IMG/VR virus record: IMGVR_UViG_3300009979_000063
Location: 64,001-80,361 of that record
Source: a virus
Taxonomy: Duplodnaviria; Heunggongvirae; Uroviricota; Caudoviricetes
Length of the DNA: 16,361 nucleotides
Strand: one strand, 5' to 3'
The position numbers were made by a program, and so were the translations under genes. The first letter of the stretch is position 1, and every line of letters begins with the position of its first letter. This document shows positions 6,596 through 13,751 of the stretch, piece by piece. The notes below the pieces were generated by a model. It searched no databases. It worked only from the letters and a program-made list of their open reading frames with translations, and had not been told where the DNA came from.

Positions 6596-6596
6596 C

Positions 6597-6908
6597 TTAG
6601 TCCACCTTCGGCAAAATCTCGTTTTCTTGGTAAACCGCGATCAAATCATTGGCAGCTTTGTCAGCTAATTGTCTGCTGAATGCGAATTTCTCTAGCATAA
6701 AGTCTGACGTCAAAGTCTGCACTTTTTGCACATATTCCGCCGGCGAATCCCAAGACGGGTCTATCCAAGACCATTCATTGTTATAGTTGTCAGTCATTTT
6801 GCTACTTTCGGAATGTTCGCAACAAGTCTTGTGACACCACTCATTCGGATGCGCTTGCAGACAAGTGTCTTCGATCTTAAGTTTCTTTTTGCACCGCGCG
6901 CAATTCAC
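6597..6908 (-). CDS. Hypothetical protein with a possible N-terminal Zn finger (start uncertain: GTG 6908 or the MTDNY ATG)
   Basis: CARCKKKL...WCHKTCC follows GGAAGGA; the C-terminal part is amphipathic helix. Confidence 0.6.
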   Translation of the reverse strand: MNCARCKKKLKIEDTCLQAHPNEWCHKTCCEHSESSKMTDNYNNEWSWIDPSWDSPAEYVQKVQTLTSDFMLEKFAFSRQLADKAANDLIAVYQENEILPKVD

Positions 6909-7209
6909 CTGGACCCAATTCCTTCCAAGTATTGTGCAGAATAGACATGTTGTTCGAGTAGAAAGCGTCAAATCCTAGTTCTAATGCTTGGCCGTAAGAC
7001 AGGCGACCATCCTCGCTAACCTCAACGAAATAATCTCCGTATAACTGGCCGATTACGCAACAATGAGTATTCCACAGACTGAATTCCGACCAGTCCATTT
7101 TGTCTCGCCAGTCTGGATAGTTTTCGTCTAGCCAGGCTATTCCCTTCTGTACTTTCTCAATGGCCTCGTCCTTATGCATTGGAAATTCGGCTATCGCATC
7201 ATCGGGCAT
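6877..7209 (-). CDS. Hypothetical phage protein (MPDDAIAEF...KGIAWLDENYPDWRDK...CCVIGQLYGDY)
   Basis: ATG 7209 lies 7 nt after GGAG; the motif resembles a recurring actinophage protein family (from recollection, not searched). Confidence 0.8.
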   Translation of the reverse strand: MPDDAIAEFPMHKDEAIEKVQKGIAWLDENYPDWRDKMDWSEFSLWNTHCCVIGQLYGDYFVEVSEDGRLSYGQALELGFDAFYSNNMSILHNTWKELGPGELRAVQKET

Positions 7210-7426
7210 TTCTTCGCTCCACAATCCATCCGATTATAACGCCGGGCCAAAGTATTACAGCGAAAGCATGCAGAACTACAGTCGCGATCAGCATATTAAT
7301 CTTAAGCCAGTTTTCAGTCTGCGCAACTGACCATGCTGCCTTTAAGTCTTTTTCTCCATGATGATAGTCAATAGCTACTACTAATAGCCCGATGACTATC
7401 CACCCGGCAGAAATCCACCATGCCAT
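7199..7426 (-). CDS. Two-TM membrane protein (75 aa)
   Basis: Two hydrophobic helices; AGAGG RBS. Confidence 0.8.
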   Translation of the reverse strand: MAWWISAGWIVIGLLVVAIDYHHGEKDLKAAWSVAQTENWLKINMLIATVVLHAFAVILWPGVIIGWIVERRNAR

Positions 7427-7438
7427 TTCATCGCCTCT

Positions 7439-7582
7439 TTATTTGCGCCACCTATCTTTAATGTCTATCTTAGCAGACGGCTTGTTTCTGTTGACGTACA
7501 TATGTCTAGCTAGGATCACCGTCGCAAACAATGTGATTACGCTGATTGCAATATCGGTGACGAAGTCCAATTCGCCCGGCAT
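7439..7582 (-). CDS. 47-aa single-TM protein (MPGELDFVTDIAISVITLFATVILARHMYVNRNKPSAKIDIKDRWRK)
   Basis: Not in the ORF track. TAATG overlap with the upstream stop; hydrophobic helix plus basic tail. Confidence 0.7.
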   Translation of the reverse strand: MPGELDFVTDIAISVITLFATVILARHMYVNRNKPSAKIDIKDRWRK

Positions 7583-7848
7583 TATAAGTACCTGTCAGCG
7601 ATTCGGCCCGGTGTATCTAGATTGTTGAGTGGATACTGACGCAATCCGTTATTTCGTATATCCCATTGTCCCTTTTCTGTAAACCATGCACATTGACAGG
7701 TATTCCAAGTGCAATTCGCTATCTGTCTAAAATTTTTTACGACATACTTTTTCCCCTGGCGAAAAAGCTCCGTTCTATCGTGCTCGTGTTCCTTGGTCGA
7801 ATGCCCGCAATTACAAATCAATGACGTAGTACGCTGCGTTTCTGACAC
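7582..7848 (-). CDS. Small Cys/His putative Zn-binding protein (start uncertain)
   Basis: CNCGHSTKEH...C...CQC motif. Confidence 0.7.
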   Translation of the reverse strand: MSETQRTTSLICNCGHSTKEHEHDRTELFRQGKKYVVKNFRQIANCTWNTCQCAWFTEKGQWDIRNNGLRQYPLNNLDTPGRIADRYL

Positions 7849-8086
7849 TGACGATCCCCTCTTCTTTCAGCTCGTCCAGCATTCGACGTACATAACTGTA
7901 GCTGTAATCGCACCGCCGGGCGATTTCTGCCGCAGTAGTCACACCTTCACTAATGTGCTTAACGATGTCTCGCTTTCGGCTCTGCTGGCCGGGCTTGGGA
8001 TGATTGAGCTGTGCAGCGCGGCGCTTGTCAGTCAACATTTTCCTTACGCTTTCGGTAGGCGACATAAATCGATCGGACGATTGCAT
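7811..8086 (-). CDS. Winged-helix DNA-binding protein (start uncertain)
   Basis: DIVKHISEG-VTTAAEIARRCDYSYSYVRRMLDELKEEGIV-SVR: an HTH followed by a wing. Confidence 0.8.
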   Translation of the reverse strand: MQSSDRFMSPTESVRKMLTDKRRAAQLNHPKPGQQSRKRDIVKHISEGVTTAAEIARRCDYSYSYVRRMLDELKEEGIVSVRNAAYYVIDL

Positions 8087-8213
8087 ACACGATAACCAAT
8101 GCGCTAATTATCATGCCTGCGTTTTTGGCAGCTTCCGCCGGAAATACCGCCATCATAAGCAAACCAACTACGCCAAAGCATAGCTGCGCTACGGCTGTAT
8201 CTTCTTTGTTCAT
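8028..8213 (-). CDS. Two-TM membrane protein (61 aa, MNKEDTAVAQLCF...)
   Basis: Start moved to ATG 8213; two hydrophobic segments and a basic tail. Confidence 0.65.
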   Translation of the reverse strand: MNKEDTAVAQLCFGVVGLLMMAVFPAEAAKNAGMIISALVIVYAIVRSIYVAYRKRKENVD

Positions 8214-8232
8214 TTTGGTCCCCCGGCATCTA

Positions 8233-8361
8233 CTAGTTCGCGCATTGCTCCTTGCCCTTTCGTCGGTCTCGCCTTCTAGTTCGGCGCTTAGCTTTCTTTC
8301 CTGCGCGAATAACTGCAACCGAATCGGAGTGTTTGCTTAATTGCTTGGCTAACTGCTGCAT
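8233..8361 (-). CDS. 42-aa highly basic protein (MQQLAKQLSKHSDSVAVIRAGKKAKRRTRRRDRRKGKEQCAN)
   Basis: ATG 5 nt after the upstream stop; fills the gap; Arg/Lys-rich; weak RBS. Confidence 0.55.
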   Translation of the reverse strand: MQQLAKQLSKHSDSVAVIRAGKKAKRRTRRRDRRKGKEQCAN

Positions 8362-8365
8362 CCAG

Positions 8366-8821
8366 TTAGACCGTGACACGATATGCTTCTCCAAATTTGT
8401 TTGCCCAGAACTTTCCGAATAGCACGCGGTATTCTTCGCGCGGCGCTGCAACTTCTAGCTTGGCTCGCTTGACATCAATGCAACGATCAATAAGCTCAGC
8501 CACGCGGTCATCTTCAACAAGCTTCTTGCAATCGTCGCAGGCTGCCCAGTCGCCTGAACTACCGTAATCGTCACCGTTCATCGTTCCCACGCTAAAGTCC
8601 TTGCACGGGAATCCCCACCATGCATAGTCCATACCGCAGAAATCGCAACGGCTATTTACTTCCTCAGAAAGCGGGACAGGAACTGGATCATGCTTCGCAT
8701 ACTTTTTGTCCCACGCGGTATGCTGATACCCAACAAAAACTCCGAACGGATTGACTCGCCTGTCTAGAACTCTCTTGCATATCGCACACATACGGATATT
8801 CTCAGCGTCATTCACATGCAT
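8366..8821 (-). CDS. Multi-Zn-finger hypothetical protein (151 aa)
   Basis: CAIC...H...H, CDFC and WAACDDC motifs; strong GGGGGAG RBS. Confidence 0.85.
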   Translation of the reverse strand: MHVNDAENIRMCAICKRVLDRRVNPFGVFVGYQHTAWDKKYAKHDPVPVPLSEEVNSRCDFCGMDYAWWGFPCKDFSVGTMNGDDYGSSGDWAACDDCKKLVEDDRVAELIDRCIDVKRAKLEVAAPREEYRVLFGKFWANKFGEAYRVTV

Positions 8822-8847
8822 GGCTCCCCCTTTTTGGAAAGGCTGGA

Positions 8848-9060
8848 TTAAATCAAGACGATTTCGCGGAGATGCTCGCCCTCGCGTAATAGCACCTCGG
8901 CATTATCCTGTTTTACTGCTCGATAGACGAAGTCTCCGTAGCCGATGAGACGACGAACCGCTTCGGCCAGTCCGATTTGCTCGTTCTCCATAATAAGTTC
9001 GAGAGCTTTGACGACCTCCGCGGTGACCGGAACGTTGATCCGCTTTGGCCTCAGTGTCAT
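8848..9060 (-). CDS. Ribbon-helix-helix (CopG/Arc-like) DNA-binding protein
   Basis: KRINVPV beta-ribbon, TAEVVKALELIMENE helix and IGLAEAVRRLI helix. Confidence 0.75.
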   Translation of the reverse strand: MTLRPKRINVPVTAEVVKALELIMENEQIGLAEAVRRLIGYGDFVYRAVKQDNAEVLLREGEHLREIVLI

Positions 9061-9073
9061 TCTCCATACGCAG

Positions 9074-9102
9074 ATCCTAGCACATGGCTAGCCAGCTGTC
9101 TA
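9074..9102 (-). promoter_or_regulatory. Sigma70/HrdB-type promoter with a palindrome in the spacer
   Basis: TAGACA-N17-TAGGAT on the minus strand; TGGCTAGCCA palindrome at 9085-9094. Confidence 0.65.
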
Positions 9103-9477
9103 GTCATTTTTGCGCGAAAGTCCTCCGACTAAAAAGGCTTTATGTCCGGCACTACCAAATCTGACGCCTCCCAACCAGGCTAAAGCGGCAATAATCATTG
9201 TCATCAAGAACTGCTCCAAAGTATTGAAGAAGACACCGGTAAAGTCTTGTACAAAACTACCGATTAGAATTCCGACCGGGCACATGAAAGCAATGATGAA
9301 TCCAAAACGGCGGTCGCTATTACGAACCCATCTAGTACGCTGGTCAAGTTCTCGTTGAGCTAAACGAATCTTTTCCGCGTTGGTCATTTCCGGACTCGTC
9401 TCGACGTCTACCAGATATTCCACAACCTTGGTTATCTGCATCATTTCGCGCGGCATATTTATGCTCCAAGTTTTCAA
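9100..9477 (-). CDS. Two-TM membrane protein (start uncertain)
   Basis: Hydrophobic FGFIIAFMCPVGILIGSFV and FLMTMIIAALAWLGG segments. Confidence 0.7.
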   Translation of the reverse strand: MKTWSINMPREMMQITKVVEYLVDVETSPEMTNAEKIRLAQRELDQRTRWVRNSDRRFGFIIAFMCPVGILIGSFVQDFTGVFFNTLEQFLMTMIIAALAWLGGVRFGSAGHKAFLVGGLSRKND

Positions 9478-9536
9478 GCGCTCTGGCGATACGTTCTTCC
9501 AATATTGTCATGTCAGCAACAAGTAAACGCACTGAG

Positions 9537-9878
9537 CTAATACTGCTCCTGCACAGACTGCCACAATGAGCCTCGCACGGCTACTACCCGCAATCTGCGC
9601 AATGGTTCTTCGTCTGGATTGAATACGACTACAATTTGTCTCTTGCTTAAGAGTTGAATAGTTGCTTTGATTTCCTGTGTTTCTACCGCTCGCAATCCTA
9701 CCGGCCCGATTGGCGATACTACGAAGACTAAAACGTAGCCACAATTGATACATACCGTCAGGTCTCCTTCTTCTGGCTTTAGCTTCTTGCCGCTTGTGCT
9801 CGTTGAGGCATTCAATGAAACTCTGCACAATGGACAATTTATCTCGTCGTGCAAATAGGTATGATCGTAAATCGACAT
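9537..9878 (-). CDS. Zn-ribbon protein (113 aa)
   Basis: CPLC...PEEGDLTVCINCG; TAATG-type coupling with the upstream gene. Confidence 0.85.
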   Translation of the reverse strand: MSIYDHTYLHDEINCPLCRVSLNASTSTSGKKLKPEEGDLTVCINCGYVLVFVVSPIGPVGLRAVETQEIKATIQLLSKRQIVVVFNPDEEPLRRLRVVAVRGSLWQSVQEQY

Positions 9879-10081
9879 TAGACGGCTCCGATTGAACGCA
9901 AGTCTTCGGCGATTTCTTCTTCGTCTTCTCCCCCGAGGATAATTACACTGAGCTTAAGCCCTAGCTCCGCTGCGTCAAAGCTGATAGGCTTGTTATCTAG
10001 CAGTCGTTCACAATTTTCCCGGCTTAGACCGATAACCATCAACGGACGCCCATCGCCTGTAGTTCCTCTAGCCTTAATCAT
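9878..10081 (-). CDS. Hypothetical phage protein (67 aa)
   Basis: MIKARG...GRPLMVIGLSRENCERL; overlaps the upstream stop; AGGATG context. Confidence 0.85.
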   Translation of the reverse strand: MIKARGTTGDGRPLMVIGLSRENCERLLDNKPISFDAAELGLKLSVIILGGEDEEEIAEDLRSIGAV

Positions 10082-10487
10082 TCTGCATCATCCTAAACAG
10101 TCGCTCAATCTTGACTCTTGGCATACTAGTGATTCGCTCGGCTATAACTTGTACTTCGCCGCGCCAAAGCAAAAACCGCCGGTATGCGTAGTCAAAAGCT
10201 TCTTCTTGCAGCAAATACATCTTTTCATGCGGATCACGCTTGCACACGCTGACTTTACTACGGAATATCTCGTAGTGACCTAATTCAGATACTTTGACAG
10301 TATAGATAGGGTCAGCCATCGTAAAAGTGTAATACTGCTTAGCGCGCAATATGTCACCTGCGATCTTCCCATCCGCAAGATTCCGGACCTTCGGCACAGC
10401 AATAGTCACACTTTGTTCCCTGGCAACCTTGCTTGTCATCGCACACGCATGAAAAAATATCCATTCCGCTGCGCTTCCAGACACCAC
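10074..10487 (-). CDS. Hypothetical protein (true start probably downstream of 10487)
   Basis: The C-terminal ~90 aa look protein-like; the N-terminal part overlaps ORF 10354..10620. Confidence 0.6.
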   Translation of the reverse strand: MVSGSAAEWIFFHACAMTSKVAREQSVTIAVPKVRNLADGKIAGDILRAKQYYTFTMADPIYTVKVSELGHYEIFRSKVSVCKRDPHEKMYLLQEEAFDYAYRRFLLWRGEVQVIAERITSMPRVKIERLFRMMQND

Positions 10488-10620
10488 CGAATGATGGCGG
10501 ATGTGTCTTGTTCAATTCCGCCAGAGTTTCGTCAAGTCTTTGCTCAACTAGCTTGGGATCTACTTCGTCTAGATCGATTTTCGCGATAAGCTGCTCGGTT
10601 CGCCTAATAAGCTCGCTCAT
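10354..10620 (-). CDS. Hypothetical protein with a Cys-rich C-terminus
   Basis: Start overlaps the upstream stop by 4 nt (AAA TGA / ATG); helical N-terminus; CVC...GC..TKCDYCC...C. Confidence 0.65.
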   Translation of the reverse strand: MSELIRRTEQLIAKIDLDEVDPKLVEQRLDETLAELNKTHPPSFGGVWKRSGMDIFSCVCDDKQGCQGTKCDYCCAEGPESCGWEDRR

Positions 10621-11108
10621 TTTAGCTCCATGAACTTGTGCGGTGTCCAGTCATAGCCTTCTAGCTGTCGCCATTCAGTTTTAGCTGCCAGAAATTCGCG
10701 CGGTGCGCTAAGCCAAATGAAGACTACAGCAGCCAAAGCAATCAAACCGATTATAAACAGAACGATGCCGAGTGGAAATAGTGTGTCAGGTAATTGTTTC
10801 CAAGCTAGTTGATACCACCATCTTCCATTAGATAAGGTGCGGTCGCTTAAGTTTCTGCCGTCATCTAGCCAGCCTGACCATATAAGAAACGCTGGCCCCG
10901 TAATGATAAAGCTAAAAGCTACGGCTAACCAGCGTTTGTACTGTGTGACATCAATATTTAGTTTTTCTAGTTGTATCTCTAGCTCGTCCCGGCGCTTGTC
11001 TCTGGCCTGTTGCTGCAATAAAGCCTCCGCTTTCACTCTTTCGCTGGCTTGCTCGTCTTTAGCGTCACCGTCGGTCACTCGCATAGCATACCATAAGCGA
11101 CTGTACAA
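10617..11108 (-). CDS. Membrane protein with an N-terminal coiled coil (start uncertain)
   Basis: Coiled coil QQQARDKRRDELEIQLEKL followed by two hydrophobic segments. Confidence 0.8.
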   Translation of the reverse strand: MYSRLWYAMRVTDGDAKDEQASERVKAEALLQQQARDKRRDELEIQLEKLNIDVTQYKRWLAVAFSFIITGPAFLIWSGWLDDGRNLSDRTLSNGRWWYQLAWKQLPDTLFPLGIVLFIIGLIALAAVVFIWLSAPREFLAAKTEWRQLEGYDWTPHKFMELK

Positions 11109-11130
11109 GTCACGTGCGGGGGGCTATACT
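11102..11130 (+). promoter_or_regulatory. Sigma70-type promoter for the rightward block
   Basis: TGTACA-N17-TATACT, 38 nt upstream of ATG 11168. Confidence 0.65.
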
Positions 11131-11167
11131 GAGACTTGTTTATAGCAGTAGTGAAAGGAACCTAATA

Positions 11168-11533
11168 ATGCAGAACTCAACGTACGTATGCTTAAATGGC
11201 TGCCGCTTAAGCTTCAAGGCAATGTCTACTTGTCCTAAATGCAGGCAACAAATGTTTTGCACCGGGACTAGATGGCGCGCACCGCGTAAAAGTAACGTTA
11301 AGGCTTGGCGCCGCATTGAAACAGCAAAGTATGCCGTATGGAATCCTGCTAAGCAAGTAGACTGGCGCAAAGCAATGCGCATAATTAACTGGGAAACAAG
11401 CCTAAAGACTCATGACAGATTTTGCCAGTGTATGAAATGTCAGCCGGTTAGACATAGAATGGAGAAACCAAGTGCAAAACTACCAAGATGGTACAAGGTC
11501 AACGGATGGATCTTTAGATCAAATGATAGATAA
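11168..11533 (+). CDS. Zn-ribbon protein (121 aa, MQNSTYVCLNGCRLSFK...CPKC...WRAPRK)
   Basis: Start moved to ATG 11168 after GAAAGGA; CxxxC/CxxC pair, plus H..FCQCMKC. Confidence 0.8.
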   Translation: MQNSTYVCLNGCRLSFKAMSTCPKCRQQMFCTGTRWRAPRKSNVKAWRRIETAKYAVWNPAKQVDWRKAMRIINWETSLKTHDRFCQCMKCQPVRHRMEKPSAKLPRWYKVNGWIFRSNDR

Positions 11534-11756
11534 TGAAGCTTCAAGGCAAGCAAGAGAAATAGCTATCGCCGAACACATACAAGGTTCGCTGGCTAACTTC
11601 AAAGTAGAACTAGAACGAATCTTAAATATTAACAACATAGACACTTACACGAATACGCCGGATTTCATATTGGCCGAAATGCTTTATCACAACGTCATGG
11701 CTACTATCAAGATGCAAGCCAAACGCGACGAATGGTATGGCAAAAATGCTAGATGA
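11523..11756 (+). CDS. Hypothetical phage protein (77 aa, ...NTPDFILAEML...RDEWY)
   Basis: ATG 11523 overlaps the end of the upstream gene; the NTPDFILA motif is one I recall from phage hypotheticals. Confidence 0.75.
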   Translation: MIDNEASRQAREIAIAEHIQGSLANFKVELERILNINNIDTYTNTPDFILAEMLYHNVMATIKMQAKRDEWYGKNAR

Positions 11757-12015
11757 CACCGGCCAATATACGCCCGGCGCAGAAGCTATGCGCGCAAAGA
11801 TACGCAATGCTTGTTATCACGCTAGAGCTAAGTTTCCTGAACCTATAGCAGCGGTATTAATAGACTATTTGGATAGTTGGACCAGTCTAGGTCATCTTTT
11901 CGGCGGGGGTAATAAAGTTAACGAAGTAGTTAAAGCTTTAGAAGAATATGAAACAAATGCTGAGCCGCTCAAAGAAGTACAGTGGCAAAGCGATACTAAA
12001 GGCGTTGCAGAATAA
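11737..12015 (+). CDS. Hypothetical protein (92 aa)
   Basis: Overlaps the upstream stop; helical composition. Confidence 0.75.
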   Translation: MAKMLDDTGQYTPGAEAMRAKIRNACYHARAKFPEPIAAVLIDYLDSWTSLGHLFGGGNKVNEVVKALEEYETNAEPLKEVQWQSDTKGVAE

Positions 12016-12045
12016 CACAATTTCGGCCGGGTTTAAGGAGCAATA

Positions 12046-12297
12046 ATGATAGGAAATACAACAAGCTATAGCTGTGGATGTATAGCAAGACAAATAGAAG
12101 CAGGCCGGTTTGTATATGACAAAATTTGCCGGGAGCATCAAAATTCGGCCGGTGCAGAAGTAGAGCAAGATATAGAAGTAGAAGAAGACGAAATGTATTA
12201 TCTAAAAGTAATCGCAAATGAACTACAAAGCATAAGAAAGATATTAGCTAGGCAGCAGCAAGCAGCGGAGCTGCAAGCAAGGCGCTTTGAAAAATAG
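12046..12297 (+). CDS. Hypothetical protein (83 aa; CGC...CREH, then a coiled coil)
   Basis: AAGGAG RBS; followed by a terminator. Confidence 0.8.
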   Translation: MIGNTTSYSCGCIARQIEAGRFVYDKICREHQNSAGAEVEQDIEVEEDEMYYLKVIANELQSIRKILARQQQAAELQARRFEK

Positions 12298-12308
12298 CTA
12301 GAAACAAC

Positions 12309-12341
12309 AAAGGCGGAACCTTTAGCGGGTTCCGCCTTTTT
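12309..12341 (+). terminator. Intrinsic terminator
   Basis: AAAGGCGGAACC-TTTAGCG-GGTTCCGCCTTT followed by TT; A-run on the other side, so possibly bidirectional. Confidence 0.85.
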
Positions 12342-12403
12342 CTATGCTTGCAAGGCAGCGATTTTCAATCGCCAAAATGCTGCTAAAATTGCATTTGCAA
12401 TTT

Positions 12404-12483
12404 TGTGAAATTTTTTGTGATGTAGACGTCTAGTCGTCTTAATTTTCAAAACTCGAAATGTGAAATTTTTTGTGATGTAGACG
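12404..12483. repeat. Perfect 25-bp direct repeat, two copies (12404-12428 and 12459-12483)
   Basis: TGTGAAATTTTTTGTGATGTAGACG twice, period 55 bp, in an AT-rich region. Confidence 0.95.
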
Positions 12484-12529
12484 ATGTACGTAGGGGCCGG
12501 CGCCCGCTAGCATATAGCGGGCACCTTTG

Positions 12530-12616
12530 TCAAGCCCTGTGCTTGGCTCGCTTGGTGTGACGTCCCTCACTCTGTCCGGTGATGTAGCTCCGAATGATCT
12601 TTGCAATGATTCCCAT
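12530..12616 (-). CDS. 28-aa basic peptide (MGIIAKIIRSYITGQSEGRHTKRAKHRA)
   Basis: Not in the ORF track. Strong GAGGAG RBS overlapping the upstream stop; hairpin 12502-12522 follows. Confidence 0.6.
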   Translation of the reverse strand: MGIIAKIIRSYITGQSEGRHTKRAKHRA

Positions 12617-12626
12617 TGTTTTCTCC

Positions 12627-12860
12627 TCAGATTCCGCGGCGGACAGGAAAGACATTCTCTACCCGGTCGTCATCTACCAGCGTGCGGAAGAACGACCATG
12701 CCTCAGTCTCATTCGGAGCCCACATGTAAACCTGCACGGTCTCATCAGTGAAGCGGACGTACACGCCATAGTCATGAGGCCCAAAGACCTCGACGTTCTC
12801 GGCGGTCAGGATGACAGAGGGAATGACGCGGATGCTGTTCGGCAACGGCTGATTCATCAT
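12627..12860 (-). CDS. Hypothetical protein (77 aa)
   Basis: ATGA overlap with the upstream gene; host-like high-GC codon usage. Confidence 0.8.
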   Translation of the reverse strand: MMNQPLPNSIRVIPSVILTAENVEVFGPHDYGVYVRFTDETVQVYMWAPNETEAWSFFRTLVDDDRVENVFPVRRGI

Positions 12861-13063
12861 GACTCTATTCTAGCAGGATTAGCCGGCAATAGGTCACGGC
12901 GAGATAACAACTTCCGTGACAGAACATGCGTTCGAACAAACAAGTGCACTCGAACAATGGTTCGAATGAGCCCGTTGTAAACGAAGCTCGGCCCGTAGTC
13001 AATCGTCAGAATGCAAACGATTGTCACCACGATAAGCGCGACGAATGCGAACAGATAAAGCAT
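12857..13063 (-). CDS. Membrane protein (68 aa)
   Basis: N-terminal hydrophobic helix; AAGGGG RBS; promoter upstream. Confidence 0.75.
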   Translation of the reverse strand: MLYLFAFVALIVVTIVCILTIDYGPSFVYNGLIRTIVRVHLFVRTHVLSRKLLSRRDLLPANPARIES

Positions 13064-13108
13064 GACATTCCCCTTTTGGGCTCGGCTGAGGCTTTCGTTG
13101 ACAACTTC

Positions 13109-13138
13109 AATCTACCCTAGCTAAAGGGAGCTCGTCAA
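13109..13138 (-). promoter_or_regulatory. Sigma70/HrdB-type promoter
   Basis: TTGACG-N18-TAGATT on the minus strand. Confidence 0.75.
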
Positions 13139-13257
13139 GGTGATCTGGCTCACACCCAACATTTCCAATACACGAACTCCGTTGCGTATGTGCAAATGTA
13201 CGCATTCACATGCGCTTTAAGTGCACGCCTTTATTTGCACCAACTATTTCTTTTGAA

Positions 13258-13452
13258 TCAGAATTCCGGAACAACAAAAACACGCCGGGTCTCTTTGTCT
13301 TCAATACTAATCTCCCTGACAATCCCCATATGGAAACTATCCATAAACTTGTCACCAATTGAGAAATGATTGGGCGAACGCCATTCCCTTTCAATTTCCT
13401 GGCCGGTGAATTCGTCGACAACAATAAACAGAATTTCAGTCAGAACAGACAT
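13258..13452 (-). CDS. Hypothetical protein (64 aa, beta-rich)
   Basis: TAAGGA RBS. Confidence 0.8.
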   Translation of the reverse strand: MSVLTEILFIVVDEFTGQEIEREWRSPNHFSIGDKFMDSFHMGIVREISIEDKETRRVFVVPEF

Positions 13453-13514
13453 TGTACTTTTTCCTTAATTGGAAGATGAATGTGCGTTAGCATGCGCACC
13501 CCGCCTATTTCCGA

Positions 13515-13739
13515 CTAGTAGATGTTGGTGACAGAAAGGGTCATTGGCACCCCCGGATTCCTCCGAATGTCGTTTGCCAACTTAGTCAATGCCAATTGTG
13601 CCCCGGTAGCATCGAATACATATCGCGTCTCCGTTTCGTCATCCTCGAATCGGTAGACCACCAGGTAATTATCCTTTGTGGCGTAGGGAGAGGACCACGG
13701 GTCTTCGGCGATCGCGTCAATGTCGCTGTTGTTCGTCAT
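13515..13739 (-). CDS. Hypothetical protein (74 aa), probably leaderless
   Basis: No RBS; a TAGACT -10 element ends 6 nt before the ATG. Confidence 0.8.
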   Translation of the reverse strand: MTNNSDIDAIAEDPWSSPYATKDNYLVVYRFEDDETETRYVFDATGAQLALTKLANDIRRNPGVPMTLSVTNIY

Positions 13740-13745
13740 GCCCTT

Positions 13746-13751
13746 AGTCTA
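13746..13751 (-). promoter_or_regulatory. -10 element of a probable leaderless promoter
   Basis: TAGACT-N6-ATG; the -35 is weak (GTGACC at an over-long spacing). Confidence 0.55.

Noticed and set aside
2280-8213. Holin assignment for the small membrane proteins
   Set aside because: Many small TM proteins are present, but none is adjacent to the peptidase or has features that distinguish it as a holin.
9508-9837. Track ORF of 109 aa
   Set aside because: Same-strand alternative frame of the Zn-ribbon gene 9537..9878, which has the clear motif and translational coupling.
12404-12483. CRISPR mini-array (25-nt repeat, 30-nt spacer, AT-rich leader)
   Set aside because: Only two copies, no cas genes, and the repeat is not palindromic. 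Part of it matches the Cas12a handle AATTTCTACTGTTGTAGAT at 14/19 positions, but the TCTAC arm needed for the stem is absent, so this is probably coincidental.
5750-12525. Near-identical CATATAGC(A)GGGCACC at 5750-5765 and 12511-12525
   Set aside because: Only two copies in unrelated contexts (the end of a putative CDS and a hairpin arm); probably chance, although not excluded.
12504-12533. Leftward promoter from TTGACA at 12528-12533
   Set aside because: The TTGACA contains the stop codon of the 28-aa ORF, no TAnnnT lies at 16-18 nt spacing, and no gene follows.
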